Virus record (IMG/VR): IMGVR_UViG_3300006045_001056
Span: 1,912 to 65,911 of that record
Length of the DNA: 64,000 bases
Strand: one strand, 5' to 3'
Origin: a virus
Position numbers and translations under genes: made by a program
Shown: positions 19,409-29,406 of the stretch, one piece after another
How positions within the stretch are numbered: the first letter of the stretch is position 1
Layout: every line of letters starts with the position of its first letter
The notes under the pieces: generated by a model
Seen by the model: only the letters and a program-made list of their open reading frames with translations
Databases searched by the model: none
Told to the model about the DNA's origin: nothing

Positions 19409-20836
19409 GGCGACGCCGTATAAACACCAGCGCGAGGCGTTTGAACTCGCCTGCAGATTGTTCGGTTTATCGGAAGGTGGTGACGCCCAATCCTCCATTA
19501 AGAGCCAAGGCGTGGCTCTCTTAATGGAGATGTAGCCATAGGAACGGGAAAAACCATCACGAGTATCGCCGTAGCGGGAGCGTTGTATCTATCAGAGAAA
19601 ATCCGGCGTATCCTTGTCGTCGCTCCGCTCTCCATCCTTGGCGTGTGGGAAGAGGAATTCGCTAAGTTCGCGGACTTTGATTATACCCTTGCCGTTTTAT
19701 CCGGCGTTGGCGCAAAAAAATCTGATACTCTTCGACATATGGACGGAACTCCCTTGCAGGTAGCCGTGGTAAATTACGAATCGGCATGGCGGTTAGAAAA
19801 TGATATTCTCGCATGGAATCCTGATCTTGTAATCGCCGATGAAGGACATAAAATAAAAACCTACAATATCTCCGCGTCAAAAGCCATGCACCGTATCGGC
19901 GCGAGAGCAACGTACCGTCTGCTGCTCACCGGCACCGTTATCACCAATAAAGCCATCGATGTGTTCAGCCAGTATAAATTCCTGAATCCGGCGATATTCG
20001 GCAACAGCTTTTATTCATTCAGGAATCGTTATTTCGACATGGTCGGTTACGGGAATCATACGCCGGTATTGAAACAATCTATGGAACAGGAATTAATGAA
20101 GCGACTCCACAGCATCGCGTTCCGGGCGACAAAAGCAGAGTGCCTCGACCTGCCAGAAACAACGGATATCATACGGTACGCGGAACTTGAACCGGCTGCC
20201 GCAAAAGTGTACCGCAATTTGGTGAAGGACAGTTATGCTGAACTTTCTAAAGGCGAAGTGACGGTAACAAATGTTTTGACGCGCCTGCTCCGGTTGTCGC
20301 AGCTTACGGGCGGATTCATCGGAGACGACGAAGGAAACACACCGGTTCGTATCAGCACGGCGAAACAAAACGCTCTGGAGGATATTATTGAAGAAGTTAT
20401 GCAGGAAGGCAAAAAACTGGTTATCATCGCCCGTTTTGTGCCGGAGATTATGGCTATCTGCAAACTGCTGGAAAAACGCGGCATCGGTTATTCCCGCATC
20501 ATGGGCGGCGTTAAAGACCGCGACGAACAGGTTTCGGCGTTCCAGAACAATCCGGATATACAGGTTTTTGTCGGGCAGATTGCCACGGCGGGACTCGGCA
20601 TCACGCTCACCGCCGCCGGCACGATGGTTTTCTATTCGATGGATTACAACATGAGTAATTTTGAGCAGGCAAAAGCGCGTATCCACCGCGTCGGTCAGAA
20701 AGAAAACTGCGCATATATTTACCTGACAGCCAAAGGCACAGTCGACGAAAAGATACTCAAAGTGTTACAAAATAAGGCAGACTTGGCGAAAACGCTGATA
20801 GATGATTACCGGCAAGGTCTGAACCCATTCCAATGA
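19362..20836 (+). CDS. SNF2-family helicase interrupted at Walker A (stop at 19533 plus -1 frame change); pseudogene or recoded
   Basis: N-part ...PYKHQREAF...GVALLMEM*; the other frame continues GTGKTITSIA...IADEGH...LTGT...QAKARIHRVGQ. Removing TAGCCATA (19533-19540) restores MEMGTGKT. Confidence 0.85.
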
Positions 20837-20853
20837 AAGGAGTCATTTATTTT

Positions 20854-21282
20854 ATGGAAGAATTATTTATCCTCGCGGACAACCTCCGCGAACTGCGCGA
20901 GGAAAGAGACGCACAAACGGCAATTCTCAAAGATATCAATACCGAAATCGACTCGGCTGAATACAACCTTTCGGAAGCGATGGCGGCAGCCGAATGCTCC
21001 AATTTCACTCGCGGCGACAAGCAGTTCATTCTTACCGCTACCACGCGCTGGTCAGCCGAAACAGAGCGTAAAGACGAGTTATACGCCGTACTCAAAGAAA
21101 ACGGATACGACTATCTGTTTACGGTGAACACGCAGACACTCGGTTCTTTTATCCGCGAACAAGTCGGCGAAACGGCGGACGAGAACGGCGAACCCCGCGT
21201 TCCCGGCTGGCTGTCGGGGCTTGTCAAAAGCTACGACGACGTTGGAATCACAATGAAATCAACAACAAAAAAATCAAAATAA
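20854..21282 (+). CDS. Phage hypothetical protein (N-terminal coiled coil)
   Basis: ORF with RBS inside the replication operon; ATG at 20854 preferred. Confidence 0.75.
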   Translation: MEELFILADNLRELREERDAQTAILKDINTEIDSAEYNLSEAMAAAECSNFTRGDKQFILTATTRWSAETERKDELYAVLKENGYDYLFTVNTQTLGSFIREQVGETADENGEPRVPGWLSGLVKSYDDVGITMKSTTKKSK

Positions 21283-21300
21283 TACGGAGGATACTGCAAT

Positions 21301-22077
21301 ATGGCAAAAAAAGAAAATACCGCGCTCACAGCGCAGAACAATGGTTTCAACACCCTCGCAAACATAGATTTTTCGCAAATGGTCAGCGACGAACTTGACG
21401 GATTGGATATCGGTTTCGAGCGTATAAAGATTCCATCGGGCGGCGCGACGATGTTTGAACTGCCGTCGGAGGGCGACGCCGCCGAAACGGTCAGGGAATT
21501 TTCAGGGGTTATTCTGTTCCATCATACTTTGAACGCATATTACAAAACCAAATACACAGGCGGATCCAACCCGCCGGACTGCGGCAGCTTCGACGGCGTT
21601 ACCGGCGAAGGCGACCCCGGCGGCAACTGCAAAGCCTGTCCGTTTAATCAGTTCGGAAGCGGCGAAAACGGCGCGAAAGCCTGTAAAAATAAACGGCGCA
21701 TATATATCCTGCGCGAAGGCGAGGTTTTCCCCCTCCTGCTCTCGCTTCCGACGGGCAGCCTTAAACCGTTTACAAAATATCTTAAAGCGCAGCTTTCCAA
21801 AGGACGCAAGACGAATTCCATCGTCACGCGGTTTTCCCTGAAGAAAGTAATCAACAATACCGGCATCGCTTATTCGCAGGCGAATTTCGCGGCGGACAGA
21901 CTGCTCACACCCGAAGAATACACGCTGGTCGAGCCGATGAGCGGTCAGGTCAAGAGTTACGCGGCGAGAATCGGATTTGAAACGGATATTGTTTCCGATG
22001 AGGACACCGGTATTTATGTCGACCATGAAACAGGCGAAGTCATCGAGCCGCTGGTCGGAGGTAACCGAAATGTATAG
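21301..22077 (+). CDS. Phage ssDNA-binding/annealing-type replication protein (putative)
   Basis: GGAGG RBS; RIKIPSGGATMFE, Cys cluster CxxCP, acidic C-tail; immediately before polA. Confidence 0.6.
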   Translation: MAKKENTALTAQNNGFNTLANIDFSQMVSDELDGLDIGFERIKIPSGGATMFELPSEGDAAETVREFSGVILFHHTLNAYYKTKYTGGSNPPDCGSFDGVTGEGDPGGNCKACPFNQFGSGENGAKACKNKRRIYILREGEVFPLLLSLPTGSLKPFTKYLKAQLSKGRKTNSIVTRFSLKKVINNTGIAYSQANFAADRLLTPEEYTLVEPMSGQVKSYAARIGFETDIVSDEDTGIYVDHETGEVIEPLVGGNRNV

Positions 22078-23980
22078 GCTGGTAACCGATATCGGAGGGG
22101 TACGCGAGTACCTCTCCGGCGCAAAAATCATCGCGTTCGACTTCGAGACCGCTCCCGGCGAACCGTACCGGCACGAAGAAAAAGCGGCGCTCGATCCGCA
22201 TAAATCTCATATAGCCGGGGTCAGTTTTTCGGTTTCCGAAGAAAGCGGGATATATGTCCCTATCGCCCATCAAATCGGCGAAAACGCTGATAAAACCGAA
22301 ATTATGGCGTTTCTCGCTGAATTCGCCGTCGATGTTAATATTATAAAAGTGGCGCATAATCTGGCGTTTGAATCTATGTTTTTGTATAAAAACGGCATTG
22401 TGATTAAAGAGCCGGTATATGACACAATTTGCGCGGCGCAGTTATCGTTAAAAAGCCATACGGTATTTCGCGCCCTTGCCGACAGCGGCTTGAAAACCCT
22501 TGCGCCAGAACTTTTGAACGCGACGCTTCCTACTTTCGGCGAGGTAGTGGACGGGCGGTTGTTTGACGAACTTGACCCGCAGGACACAGGAACAATCTGC
22601 TACGCCTGTGCCGACGCCGATTATACCCTGCGGCTGTATCATCTTTTTAATAACTGGTTTGACCGTTTCCTGCCGAAACACCGCTATATTACAGAGCAAA
22701 TCGAATCGCCCGCAGCCGTGTATGTCGGACTGATGAAGTATAACGGCATACAAGTGGACAGCGAACTTATGAAACGGAAAGCCGCCGAGTGCGAAAAACG
22801 GCTCGCAGAATTGCGTGAAGAAATAGCCTTTATTATAGGGGATATAAATATCGGAGCGAATGCCAGTACAAGCGCGTTCAAAAATTATTTGTATAAAGAA
22901 CTCGGTTTGCCTGTATTGAAAACGACGGCGAAATATCAGGAAGCGGCAGATGAAGAGTGTTTCGTTTTCCTTAAAGAATGGTGCCGCGGCAACCGTCCCG
23001 AATTGGAAAAGCTGATGGAGCTTGTTATTGATTACCGGACGCTCGGAAAAGTGTACGGCACATATATCGAGGGTTATTTGAAACACATAAACGATTCTAC
23101 CGGGCGCATTCATCCGCAATTATTACAGCTTGGAGCGGACAGCGGACGGTTCTCCTGCCGTCAGCCGAATATACAGAACCAAAAATCCGGCAGCATTGAC
23201 GGAATCAACGTCCGCGACTTCATCATCGCGTCTGAAGGGAACAGCCTCGTCGAATTCGACTACAGCCAGATAGAGGCGCGGCTTGCGGCATACCTTTCAC
23301 GCGACGAACGGCTTTTGAATGTTTACAGTTCAGGAGACGACCTTCACGCCATGACCACCGCCGCCGTGTTCAAAATTCCGTTCGCGGAAGCGGCGGACAG
23401 GAAAAACCCCGATTACAAGCGCCGCCGTACCGTCGCCAAGACCACGTTCTTCGGGTTTCTGTACGGTATTTACGCTAAATCGCTGCAACGTAATTTAAAA
23501 TTGGACGCCGGTATAAACGCAGATATTGACGAGTGCAAGGCGTTTCTCGGCAACCTTGCCGCGTCCTATCCCACATTAACGGAATGGCAAAAAGATGCTA
23601 TCGCCGAATGCCGCGAACACAGATATGCCGAAACCGTTCTTGGGCGGCGGAGATACCTGCCGGATATCCGCTCCGATAATTTTTTGAAACAGGGCAGTGC
23701 CGAACGCGCCGCGCTCAATCACGGAGTACAGGGATTGGCGGCGGATTTATTGAAATTGTCAATGGTTCGGCTGATTGCGGTATTGCCGCCCGACGTCCGC
23801 CCTGTGTTTACCGTGCATGACAGCCTTGTATTCGAGTGTCCGGACGGTAAAGCCGGGGAAACCGTTCTGTTGATTAAAAGCATAATGGAGATACCGCCGC
23901 CGGTTACAGGGTTTGATATTCCGATAGCCGCCGAAGCGGGCGTAGGTAAAAGTTACGGAAAAATGGAGGAACTAATATAA
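22070..23980 (+). CDS. Family A DNA polymerase with 3'-5' exonuclease
   Basis: Exo I AFDFET; motif A FDYSQIEARL; motif B KTTFFGFLYG; motif C TVHDS. Start reassigned to ATG 22070 after GGAGG. Confidence 0.95.
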   Translation: MYRLVTDIGGVREYLSGAKIIAFDFETAPGEPYRHEEKAALDPHKSHIAGVSFSVSEESGIYVPIAHQIGENADKTEIMAFLAEFAVDVNIIKVAHNLAFESMFLYKNGIVIKEPVYDTICAAQLSLKSHTVFRALADSGLKTLAPELLNATLPTFGEVVDGRLFDELDPQDTGTICYACADADYTLRLYHLFNNWFDRFLPKHRYITEQIESPAAVYVGLMKYNGIQVDSELMKRKAAECEKRLAELREEIAFIIGDINIGANASTSAFKNYLYKELGLPVLKTTAKYQEAADEECFVFLKEWCRGNRPELEKLMELVIDYRTLGKVYGTYIEGYLKHINDSTGRIHPQLLQLGADSGRFSCRQPNIQNQKSGSIDGINVRDFIIASEGNSLVEFDYSQIEARLAAYLSRDERLLNVYSSGDDLHAMTTAAVFKIPFAEAADRKNPDYKRRRTVAKTTFFGFLYGIYAKSLQRNLKLDAGINADIDECKAFLGNLAASYPTLTEWQKDAIAECREHRYAETVLGRRRYLPDIRSDNFLKQGSAERAALNHGVQGLAADLLKLSMVRLIAVLPPDVRPVFTVHDSLVFECPDGKAGETVLLIKSIMEIPPPVTGFDIPIAAEAGVGKSYGKMEELI

Positions 23981-24423
23981 TGGATATATGTAAATTTAAC
24001 AGCGAGGGCTATTACGACCCGACCGCTTATGAGGCGCTGCTGGCAGTCGAGCGCGAAGCCAAAAAGAAACCGTACCGACCGCTGGTATTTATCTGCTCCC
24101 CGCTTGCGGGGGACATTGAGAATAATATCGCAAACGCCCGGCGGTACTCAAAGTTTGCCATGGAACAGGGTATGATACCATTCGCGCCCCATCTCCTATT
24201 CCCGCAGTTTATGGACGACGGCGACAAAGAACAGCGCAGCCTCGGCATATTTTTCGGACTGGTGATGATGGGCAAGTGCGACGATATGTGGGTATTTGGC
24301 GACCCGCCGTCTTGCGGCATGAAGTTGGAAATCGCAAAGGCGCGGAAACGCGGTATACATATACGATATTTTAATGAAAATTGTCAGGAAAGGTCGGGTG
24401 ATAATATTGGATATACCTCTTGA
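23980..24423 (+). CDS. DUF4406-like (nucleoside deoxyribosyltransferase-fold) phage protein
   Basis: VFICSPLAGD...PFAPHLLFPQF...CDDMWVFG...GMKLEI pattern. Confidence 0.7.
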   Translation: MDICKFNSEGYYDPTAYEALLAVEREAKKKPYRPLVFICSPLAGDIENNIANARRYSKFAMEQGMIPFAPHLLFPQFMDDGDKEQRSLGIFFGLVMMGKCDDMWVFGDPPSCGMKLEIAKARKRGIHIRYFNENCQERSGDNIGYTS

Positions 24424-26932
24424 AGAATTTTTGCGTCCGTTCTTTGATCCCGCCGAGGATGTGCATATCCGCGTGTTCGACGACCGCAAGACGGGAACGT
24501 TCAAAGGCGCAAAATTATGCTGCGAGGCGGGTAAAATCGGTACGCTGACCGACACCCTCCGCAAACACAACGCGCAGAATCGCGGTATATTTTTCGTGGT
24601 CAACTACGGCGGCGACAGCGACGCGGAGATTACCCGTATCAACGCCGTGTTCGTGGAAAATGACAGCCTTTCTATTGACGAGCAAATACGGCAGTTGGAA
24701 GAATTTTCGCTACCGCCGTCGCTGATGGTAAAGACAGCGAAGTCGGTTCACGCTTACTGGCTCGTTAAGGATGCGCCGGTTTCGGATTTCCGAAGATTAC
24801 AAAAAAAATTAATCGCTCAATTTAACGGCGACGCTTCGTGCGTCAACGAGAGCCGTGTACTTCGTTTGCCGGGCTTTAATCACTGCAAAAACGAACCGGT
24901 CATGGTGGAGTGCGTGAAGTTCTCTCCTGAACTCCGTTATACTATGGCGGAGCTTGAGACGGTGCTGCCGCAAATCGCCGAAGAACCGGATAACGTGAAT
25001 AATAGTGCGCTCCCTGTAGAAAAAGGCAACCGGCGAGGGTTGGCTCTGGTCGGCAAACGGTGTGACTTTATTCAATATTGCAAAGATAACGCCGCCGCAC
25101 TCCCCGAAAATTTGTGGTACGCGATGATTAGCAACCTTGCGGTGTTCGAGGACGGCGACAAGGAAATTCATGCGCTGTCAAAACCCTATCCAAACTATAA
25201 TTATAATGAAGCACAGTCTAAAATATCGCATTTTTTAGAGAGCGGCACGAAACCCATGACCTGCGCCAAAATATCCGAGTACAGCTATAAATGCCCGAAA
25301 TTTGATAATGGCGGCTGCGACTGCAAATCCCCCGCCGCTCTGTGTTACAAGCCCATGACGGCAGACGAAATTTTGATTATTTTGAATTCTTTTGATATTC
25401 CCGCCTCCGCGATTGAAAAAATCAAAATAATCAAAAATTTTATACAGGATTATTTATACAACATCGAGCCGGTCATAGCAGAAACGATTATAAATTACAA
25501 TATAAAAACACAATTTAATTTTAAGGCAAATGACATTTTGCCGTTAATAAAACTGCATCGCGAGGTGTATAAAAAGTACGCAGACAGCAAGGAAATGAAG
25601 CGTGAAACGGAATTTGACGAACTGCCGGAGTGGTATGAAGTCACAGGCAAAGGCGGCGTGAAGTTCATTGCGGGGCTGCTCGCAGACCATATGGCAAACA
25701 ACGTCTTCGCTATTTATACCGCAGGAAGTCATTACTTTTATGAGCATGGCGTTTACGTTCAAAAGGACGATATCGAGGCATGGGCGGCAGTGCGCTCGTT
25801 CATGATTTCCCGTTATACGAAATCCAACGATATAACCGATGCGGCAAATCAATGGCGTATGCTGACTCAGCGCAATGTACGCGAAATCAACGCAAACCCG
25901 TATATCATCAATCTCAAAAACGGTCTGTATGATTTAAATTCAAATGAATTCCGTCCGCATGACTCGAATTACCTGTCAACGGTGCAACTGCAAGCGAATT
26001 ATAACCCAAGCGCAAAATGCCCGCAGTTCCTTGATTTTCTATCCGGTATATTGCCGGAAAGCGAAATACCGCTCATACAGGAGATGTTCGGTTATTTGTT
26101 GATACCAGTAAATAAGGCGCAAAAATCGTTTGTGCTTGTAGGCGCGGCAAACGCAGGGAAAAGCACTCTGCTCTCTATTGCCCAGACCGTACTGCTCGGT
26201 ATAGAAAACGTGTCCAATATTCCGTGGCAGTCGCTGAACGACCGATTCAAGACGGCTGAACTGTTCGGCAAACTGGCTAATATTTTCGCGGACTTGCCGT
26301 CAAAAAACATTGAGGACGCTGGATTTTTCAAGACCATAACGGGCGAGGATTATATCATCGCGGAACGCAAAAATAAAGACCCGTTCAGCTTTCAGCCGTA
26401 TGCGAGATTATTATTCTCTTGTAACGAAATACCGAAAAATTATGCCGACCGCTCCGATGGCTTCTACCGCAGGCTCATTATTATCCGTTTCGATAAATCC
26501 GTGCCTGCCGAAAAACGCGACCCAAGCCTCAAAAACCGTGTCTCCTGCGAACGCGACGGTATTTTCACATGGGCACTGGACGGACTGCGCCGTCTTACCG
26601 CCAACAATTACCGCTTCAGCGAAACTGCGCGTACAGGCGAAGAATTACGGCGTTACAAAGTCGAAAGCAATTCTGCGCTGATGTTTCTTGAGGAATGCTG
26701 TGAAATCGGCAACGGTACTGTAGTGCGCGAAGAACTATTTGAAAGATACTGCGATTATTGCCGCAGAAACGGCTTGAAATCCTCATCGCAGACGAAATTC
26801 AACAAAGAAGTGGAACAAGCCGACTCGCGCATCGAAAAAGACCGTGACGGCGTTGCACGGCGGGCGGTATGGAAAGGTCTGCGGTTATCTGACACGGAAA
26901 GACACGATTTTGACGAACTTCCGACAGACTAA
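24398..26932 (+). CDS. P4-family primase-helicase (RepB-like primase plus D5/SF3 helicase)
   Basis: SVHAYW, RVLRLPGFNH primase motifs; Walker A GAANAGKS; LFGKLAN, FSCNEIP SF3 motifs. GTG start after GGAAAGG. Confidence 0.92.
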   Translation: MIILDIPLEEFLRPFFDPAEDVHIRVFDDRKTGTFKGAKLCCEAGKIGTLTDTLRKHNAQNRGIFFVVNYGGDSDAEITRINAVFVENDSLSIDEQIRQLEEFSLPPSLMVKTAKSVHAYWLVKDAPVSDFRRLQKKLIAQFNGDASCVNESRVLRLPGFNHCKNEPVMVECVKFSPELRYTMAELETVLPQIAEEPDNVNNSALPVEKGNRRGLALVGKRCDFIQYCKDNAAALPENLWYAMISNLAVFEDGDKEIHALSKPYPNYNYNEAQSKISHFLESGTKPMTCAKISEYSYKCPKFDNGGCDCKSPAALCYKPMTADEILIILNSFDIPASAIEKIKIIKNFIQDYLYNIEPVIAETIINYNIKTQFNFKANDILPLIKLHREVYKKYADSKEMKRETEFDELPEWYEVTGKGGVKFIAGLLADHMANNVFAIYTAGSHYFYEHGVYVQKDDIEAWAAVRSFMISRYTKSNDITDAANQWRMLTQRNVREINANPYIINLKNGLYDLNSNEFRPHDSNYLSTVQLQANYNPSAKCPQFLDFLSGILPESEIPLIQEMFGYLLIPVNKAQKSFVLVGAANAGKSTLLSIAQTVLLGIENVSNIPWQSLNDRFKTAELFGKLANIFADLPSKNIEDAGFFKTITGEDYIIAERKNKDPFSFQPYARLLFSCNEIPKNYADRSDGFYRRLIIIRFDKSVPAEKRDPSLKNRVSCERDGIFTWALDGLRRLTANNYRFSETARTGEELRRYKVESNSALMFLEECCEIGNGTVVREELFERYCDYCRRNGLKSSSQTKFNKEVEQADSRIEKDRDGVARRAVWKGLRLSDTERHDFDELPTD

Positions 26933-27073
26933 AATCCCCATTATATCATGCTTTGACACGGCTGACACGGTTTTCTGTATTTCTTGCGTAGAACCACAGC
27001 GGTAAGGAGATATATACGTTAAAACTGAAAATATATAAAAATATATGCAAAAAAATACCGTGTCAATCGTGTC
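26891..27073. repeat. Candidate phage replication origin (convergent GACACG iterons around an AT-rich core)
   Basis: GACACG(G) at 26891, 26901, 26955, 26964; inverse (C)CGTGTC at 27058 and 27068; AT-rich tract between. Confidence 0.55.
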
Positions 27074-27100
27074 GGGTATGTCAAAGGAGTATGTTTTAAA

Positions 27101-27385
27101 ATGGGTGAAAAAGATATAATAACCGCGATACTGCGGTATTTAAAGACCGTTTCCGGCTGTTTCGCGTGGAAAACCCACGGCGGTATGTACGGAACGGCGG
27201 GTTTGCCGGATATCATTTGTTGTATAAATGGCAGGTTTGTTGCGCTGGAAGTAAAAACGCCCGCAGGCAAACTCACAAAGCTACAGGAAATAACGATACA
27301 AAAAATCAATGCCGCAAAAGGGAAAGCCTACAAAGTCACGTCGCTTCAGGAAGTCAGGGAAATAATACAAAATCTTAATTCTTGA
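27101..27385 (+). CDS. VRR-NUC domain nuclease
   Basis: GLPDII...FVALEVKTPAGKLTKLQ. Confidence 0.9.
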   Translation: MGEKDIITAILRYLKTVSGCFAWKTHGGMYGTAGLPDIICCINGRFVALEVKTPAGKLTKLQEITIQKINAAKGKAYKVTSLQEVREIIQNLNS

Positions 27386-27400
27386 AACGGAGGAACTTTT

Positions 27401-27640
27401 ATGTATATAAATTGTTTTGCGTATAATGCCGAAAAAGGCTGTCAAATCCTGAAAACCGAAAGCGGGTGCGGTTATAGCTGCCCTTTCTACAAAAACAGGG
27501 AGGAGTTGGAAGCCGGACGGATGAAGAGCAATAAGAGGCTGGCTTCATTGCCTGATGAGCGCCAGCGGTACATTGCCGAAACTTATCACGGCGGAAAACG
27601 GTCATGGCTGGAAACCGCGCAGAAGGCGGTGAGCGTATGA
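27401..27640 (+). CDS. Small Cys-rich phage protein
   Basis: GGAGG RBS; four Cys in the N-terminal half. Confidence 0.65.
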   Translation: MYINCFAYNAEKGCQILKTESGCGYSCPFYKNREELEAGRMKSNKRLASLPDERQRYIAETYHGGKRSWLETAQKAVSV

Positions 27641-28086
27641 TAGCTTGGAAATATATCAACAAGAATTCTGCGGTAATTGCCGCTATCCGCGACTACCGCA
27701 ATATGCTGTTTATCATCAGCAACACTTCGGAAGAAATAAAAGAAGCGTACGATAAAATGACCGCGCCCCGCACAGCCAACCTTACCGGCGTTCCGTCCGG
27801 ACTCAACCCCAAAGCCGGCGAAGATAAACTGGCGGAGCAGCTTGATAAACTGGATTTGCTTCGTGAGCGGTATCGTGCCGCCGTCGAATATATGGCGTGG
27901 TTTGACCCGGCATGGTTAAACATGACAGATAACGAACGGTATATACTGACAGAATTTTATATGGGTAATAATCAGAAGTCCGGTGCGACCTACCGTCTCA
28001 TGGCTGAACTAAATTACAGCGAAAGTCATGTAGAAAGGCTGCGGTCAAATGCTCTTAACCGCCTGCGGACACTCCTGTACGGATAA
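27637..28086 (+). CDS. Late transcriptional activator (RinA/ArpU-like, putative)
   Basis: C-terminal HTH-like AELNYSESHVERLRSNAL; last gene before the packaging operon. Confidence 0.6.
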   Translation: MIAWKYINKNSAVIAAIRDYRNMLFIISNTSEEIKEAYDKMTAPRTANLTGVPSGLNPKAGEDKLAEQLDKLDLLRERYRAAVEYMAWFDPAWLNMTDNERYILTEFYMGNNQKSGATYRLMAELNYSESHVERLRSNALNRLRTLLYG

Positions 28087-28089
28087 AAG

Positions 28090-28134
28090 ATGAGGGAATT
28101 ATGAGGGAGTGTTTGCTAAAATATATGGTACAAT
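28090..28134 (+). promoter_or_regulatory. Activator-dependent late promoter candidate
   Basis: ATGAGGGA direct repeats at 28090 and 28101 (11-bp period); extended -10 TGGTACAAT with no good -35. Confidence 0.5.
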
Positions 28135-28221
28135 AATATTGTTAAAATATATACACAGCCATAGAGCCTTTGGAGCAGTCCGCTCCGGGGGCTTTGCGTT
28201 TTATATAGGGGGCTGATTTTT

Positions 28222-28581
28222 TTGCCATACAAACCGAAGAAACCGTGCGCTTTCCACGGCTGCCGTGAACTGACGGCAAACCGATACTGCGACGCCCATG
28301 CCAAACAGGAGACCAAACGATACAACAAATACGACCGTGATTCTGGCAGTAATAAAAGGTACGGCAGGACGTGGAAACGTATCCGTGACCGATATATCGC
28401 TGCACACCCGCTATGCGAAAAATGCGGGGAATCAGGTAAACTGACCCCCGCCGATGAAATTCATCATATAAAACCGCTTTCCAAAAGCGGAACTCACGCT
28501 GCGGATAACCTGATGAGTTTGTGTAAACCATGCCACTCCGAGATTACCGCGCGTAACGGCGACCGATGGAATCGTAAATAA
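28222..28581 (+). CDS. HNH endonuclease (cos-packaging accessory)
   Basis: HPLCEKC...EIHHIKP...NLMSLCKPCH. Confidence 0.92.
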   Translation: MPYKPKKPCAFHGCRELTANRYCDAHAKQETKRYNKYDRDSGSNKRYGRTWKRIRDRYIAAHPLCEKCGESGKLTPADEIHHIKPLSKSGTHAADNLMSLCKPCHSEITARNGDRWNRK

Positions 28582-28998
28582 TTACGCTGAATAAAACTGT
28601 TCTAAAAACGCCTGCGGTGATATTGCCGGAACCGGCGATCCTATAAAATCATCCAAATTACGGGTAATTATATAATCAAGTTTATATCGTTTACTCCCGA
28701 AAGCAAGCAGCGCGTCTTCATAATCATTTATACTGGAATCAAGCGCGTTCTTAACGTCAGTAACGGTAACGTCCATCACTTTTAAATTGTCGGTCAGCTT
28801 TTTAAGGATTTCTTTCACGAATTCGCTGGTTTTACCAAACCGCCGCATCACAAAAAAAATGTCGGTGGTCTGGTTTGTAGTTATATGCCCTGTTAATTGT
28901 CCGGGACAAAGCCGGAGAACTTCGTCAGAAAATTCAAAATGAGGTTCGCGTTTCATAAACACATCAAGTATGATGTTTGTGTCAATCAAGACTTTCAT
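28582..28998 (-). CDS. PIN-domain (VapC-like) toxin
   Basis: MKVLIDTNIILD...DYEDAL...IITRNLDDF; start reassigned to 28998. Confidence 0.9.
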   Translation of the reverse strand: MKVLIDTNIILDVFMKREPHFEFSDEVLRLCPGQLTGHITTNQTTDIFFVMRRFGKTSEFVKEILKKLTDNLKVMDVTVTDVKNALDSSINDYEDALLAFGSKRYKLDYIITRNLDDFIGSPVPAISPQAFLEQFYSA

Positions 28999-29221
28999 AT
29001 TTTTTTGCCAGCCTTTCCGCTTTAAATTGTTTGATGTCGATATCTTCGCCATCCCATGGAACGATACCAATCAGTTCATCCACCCAGCTTTCCTTTGACT
29101 TGGGTGCGGTTAGTACGGCAATGTTCGTACCATTTTTGGTAATGTGGATTTCTTCGCGTCGGGCAAGCGAGAGGTATTTGCCGAGATTTGCTTTGAAGTC
29201 GGTTGCTGTGATTTGCATCAT
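28982..29221 (-). CDS. Phd/YefM-family antitoxin
   Basis: MMQITATDFKANLGKYL...IHITKNG; GAAAGGAG RBS; overlaps the toxin start. Confidence 0.88.
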   Translation of the reverse strand: MMQITATDFKANLGKYLSLARREEIHITKNGTNIAVLTAPKSKESWVDELIGIVPWDGEDIDIKQFKAERLAKKYESLD

Positions 29222-29254
29222 GATAAAAAACTCCTTTCGTTTGATACTATTTAT

Positions 29255-29283
29255 ATTATACTCAAATCGGACGAAAATGTCAA
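29255..29283 (-). promoter_or_regulatory. Consensus sigma-A promoter of the TA operon
   Basis: Minus strand TTGACA-17 nt-TATAAT. Confidence 0.85.
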
Positions 29284-29319
29284 GAGCAAATAATATATCG
29301 GACGGTAGAAAGTAGGGGT

Positions 29320-29400
29320 GATTACATCTCCACAACTTTCCAGTAGGACAGCGGGTGCGGCGTTTCGCGTGAATTTCCCCCTTTATCAAAAATTTTTCGG
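29320..29400 (+). other. Candidate cos/packaging site
   Basis: GC-rich GACAGCGGGTGCGGCGTTTCGCGTG directly upstream of terS, the usual cos position in HNH-containing HK97-like phages (inference). Confidence 0.4.
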
Positions 29401-29406
29401 CTGGAG

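Noticed and set aside
20093-26337. Long minus-strand ORFs (e.g. 20093-20686, 21502-22131, 22448-23119)
   Set aside because: They overlap well-supported + strand replication genes and show no motifs.
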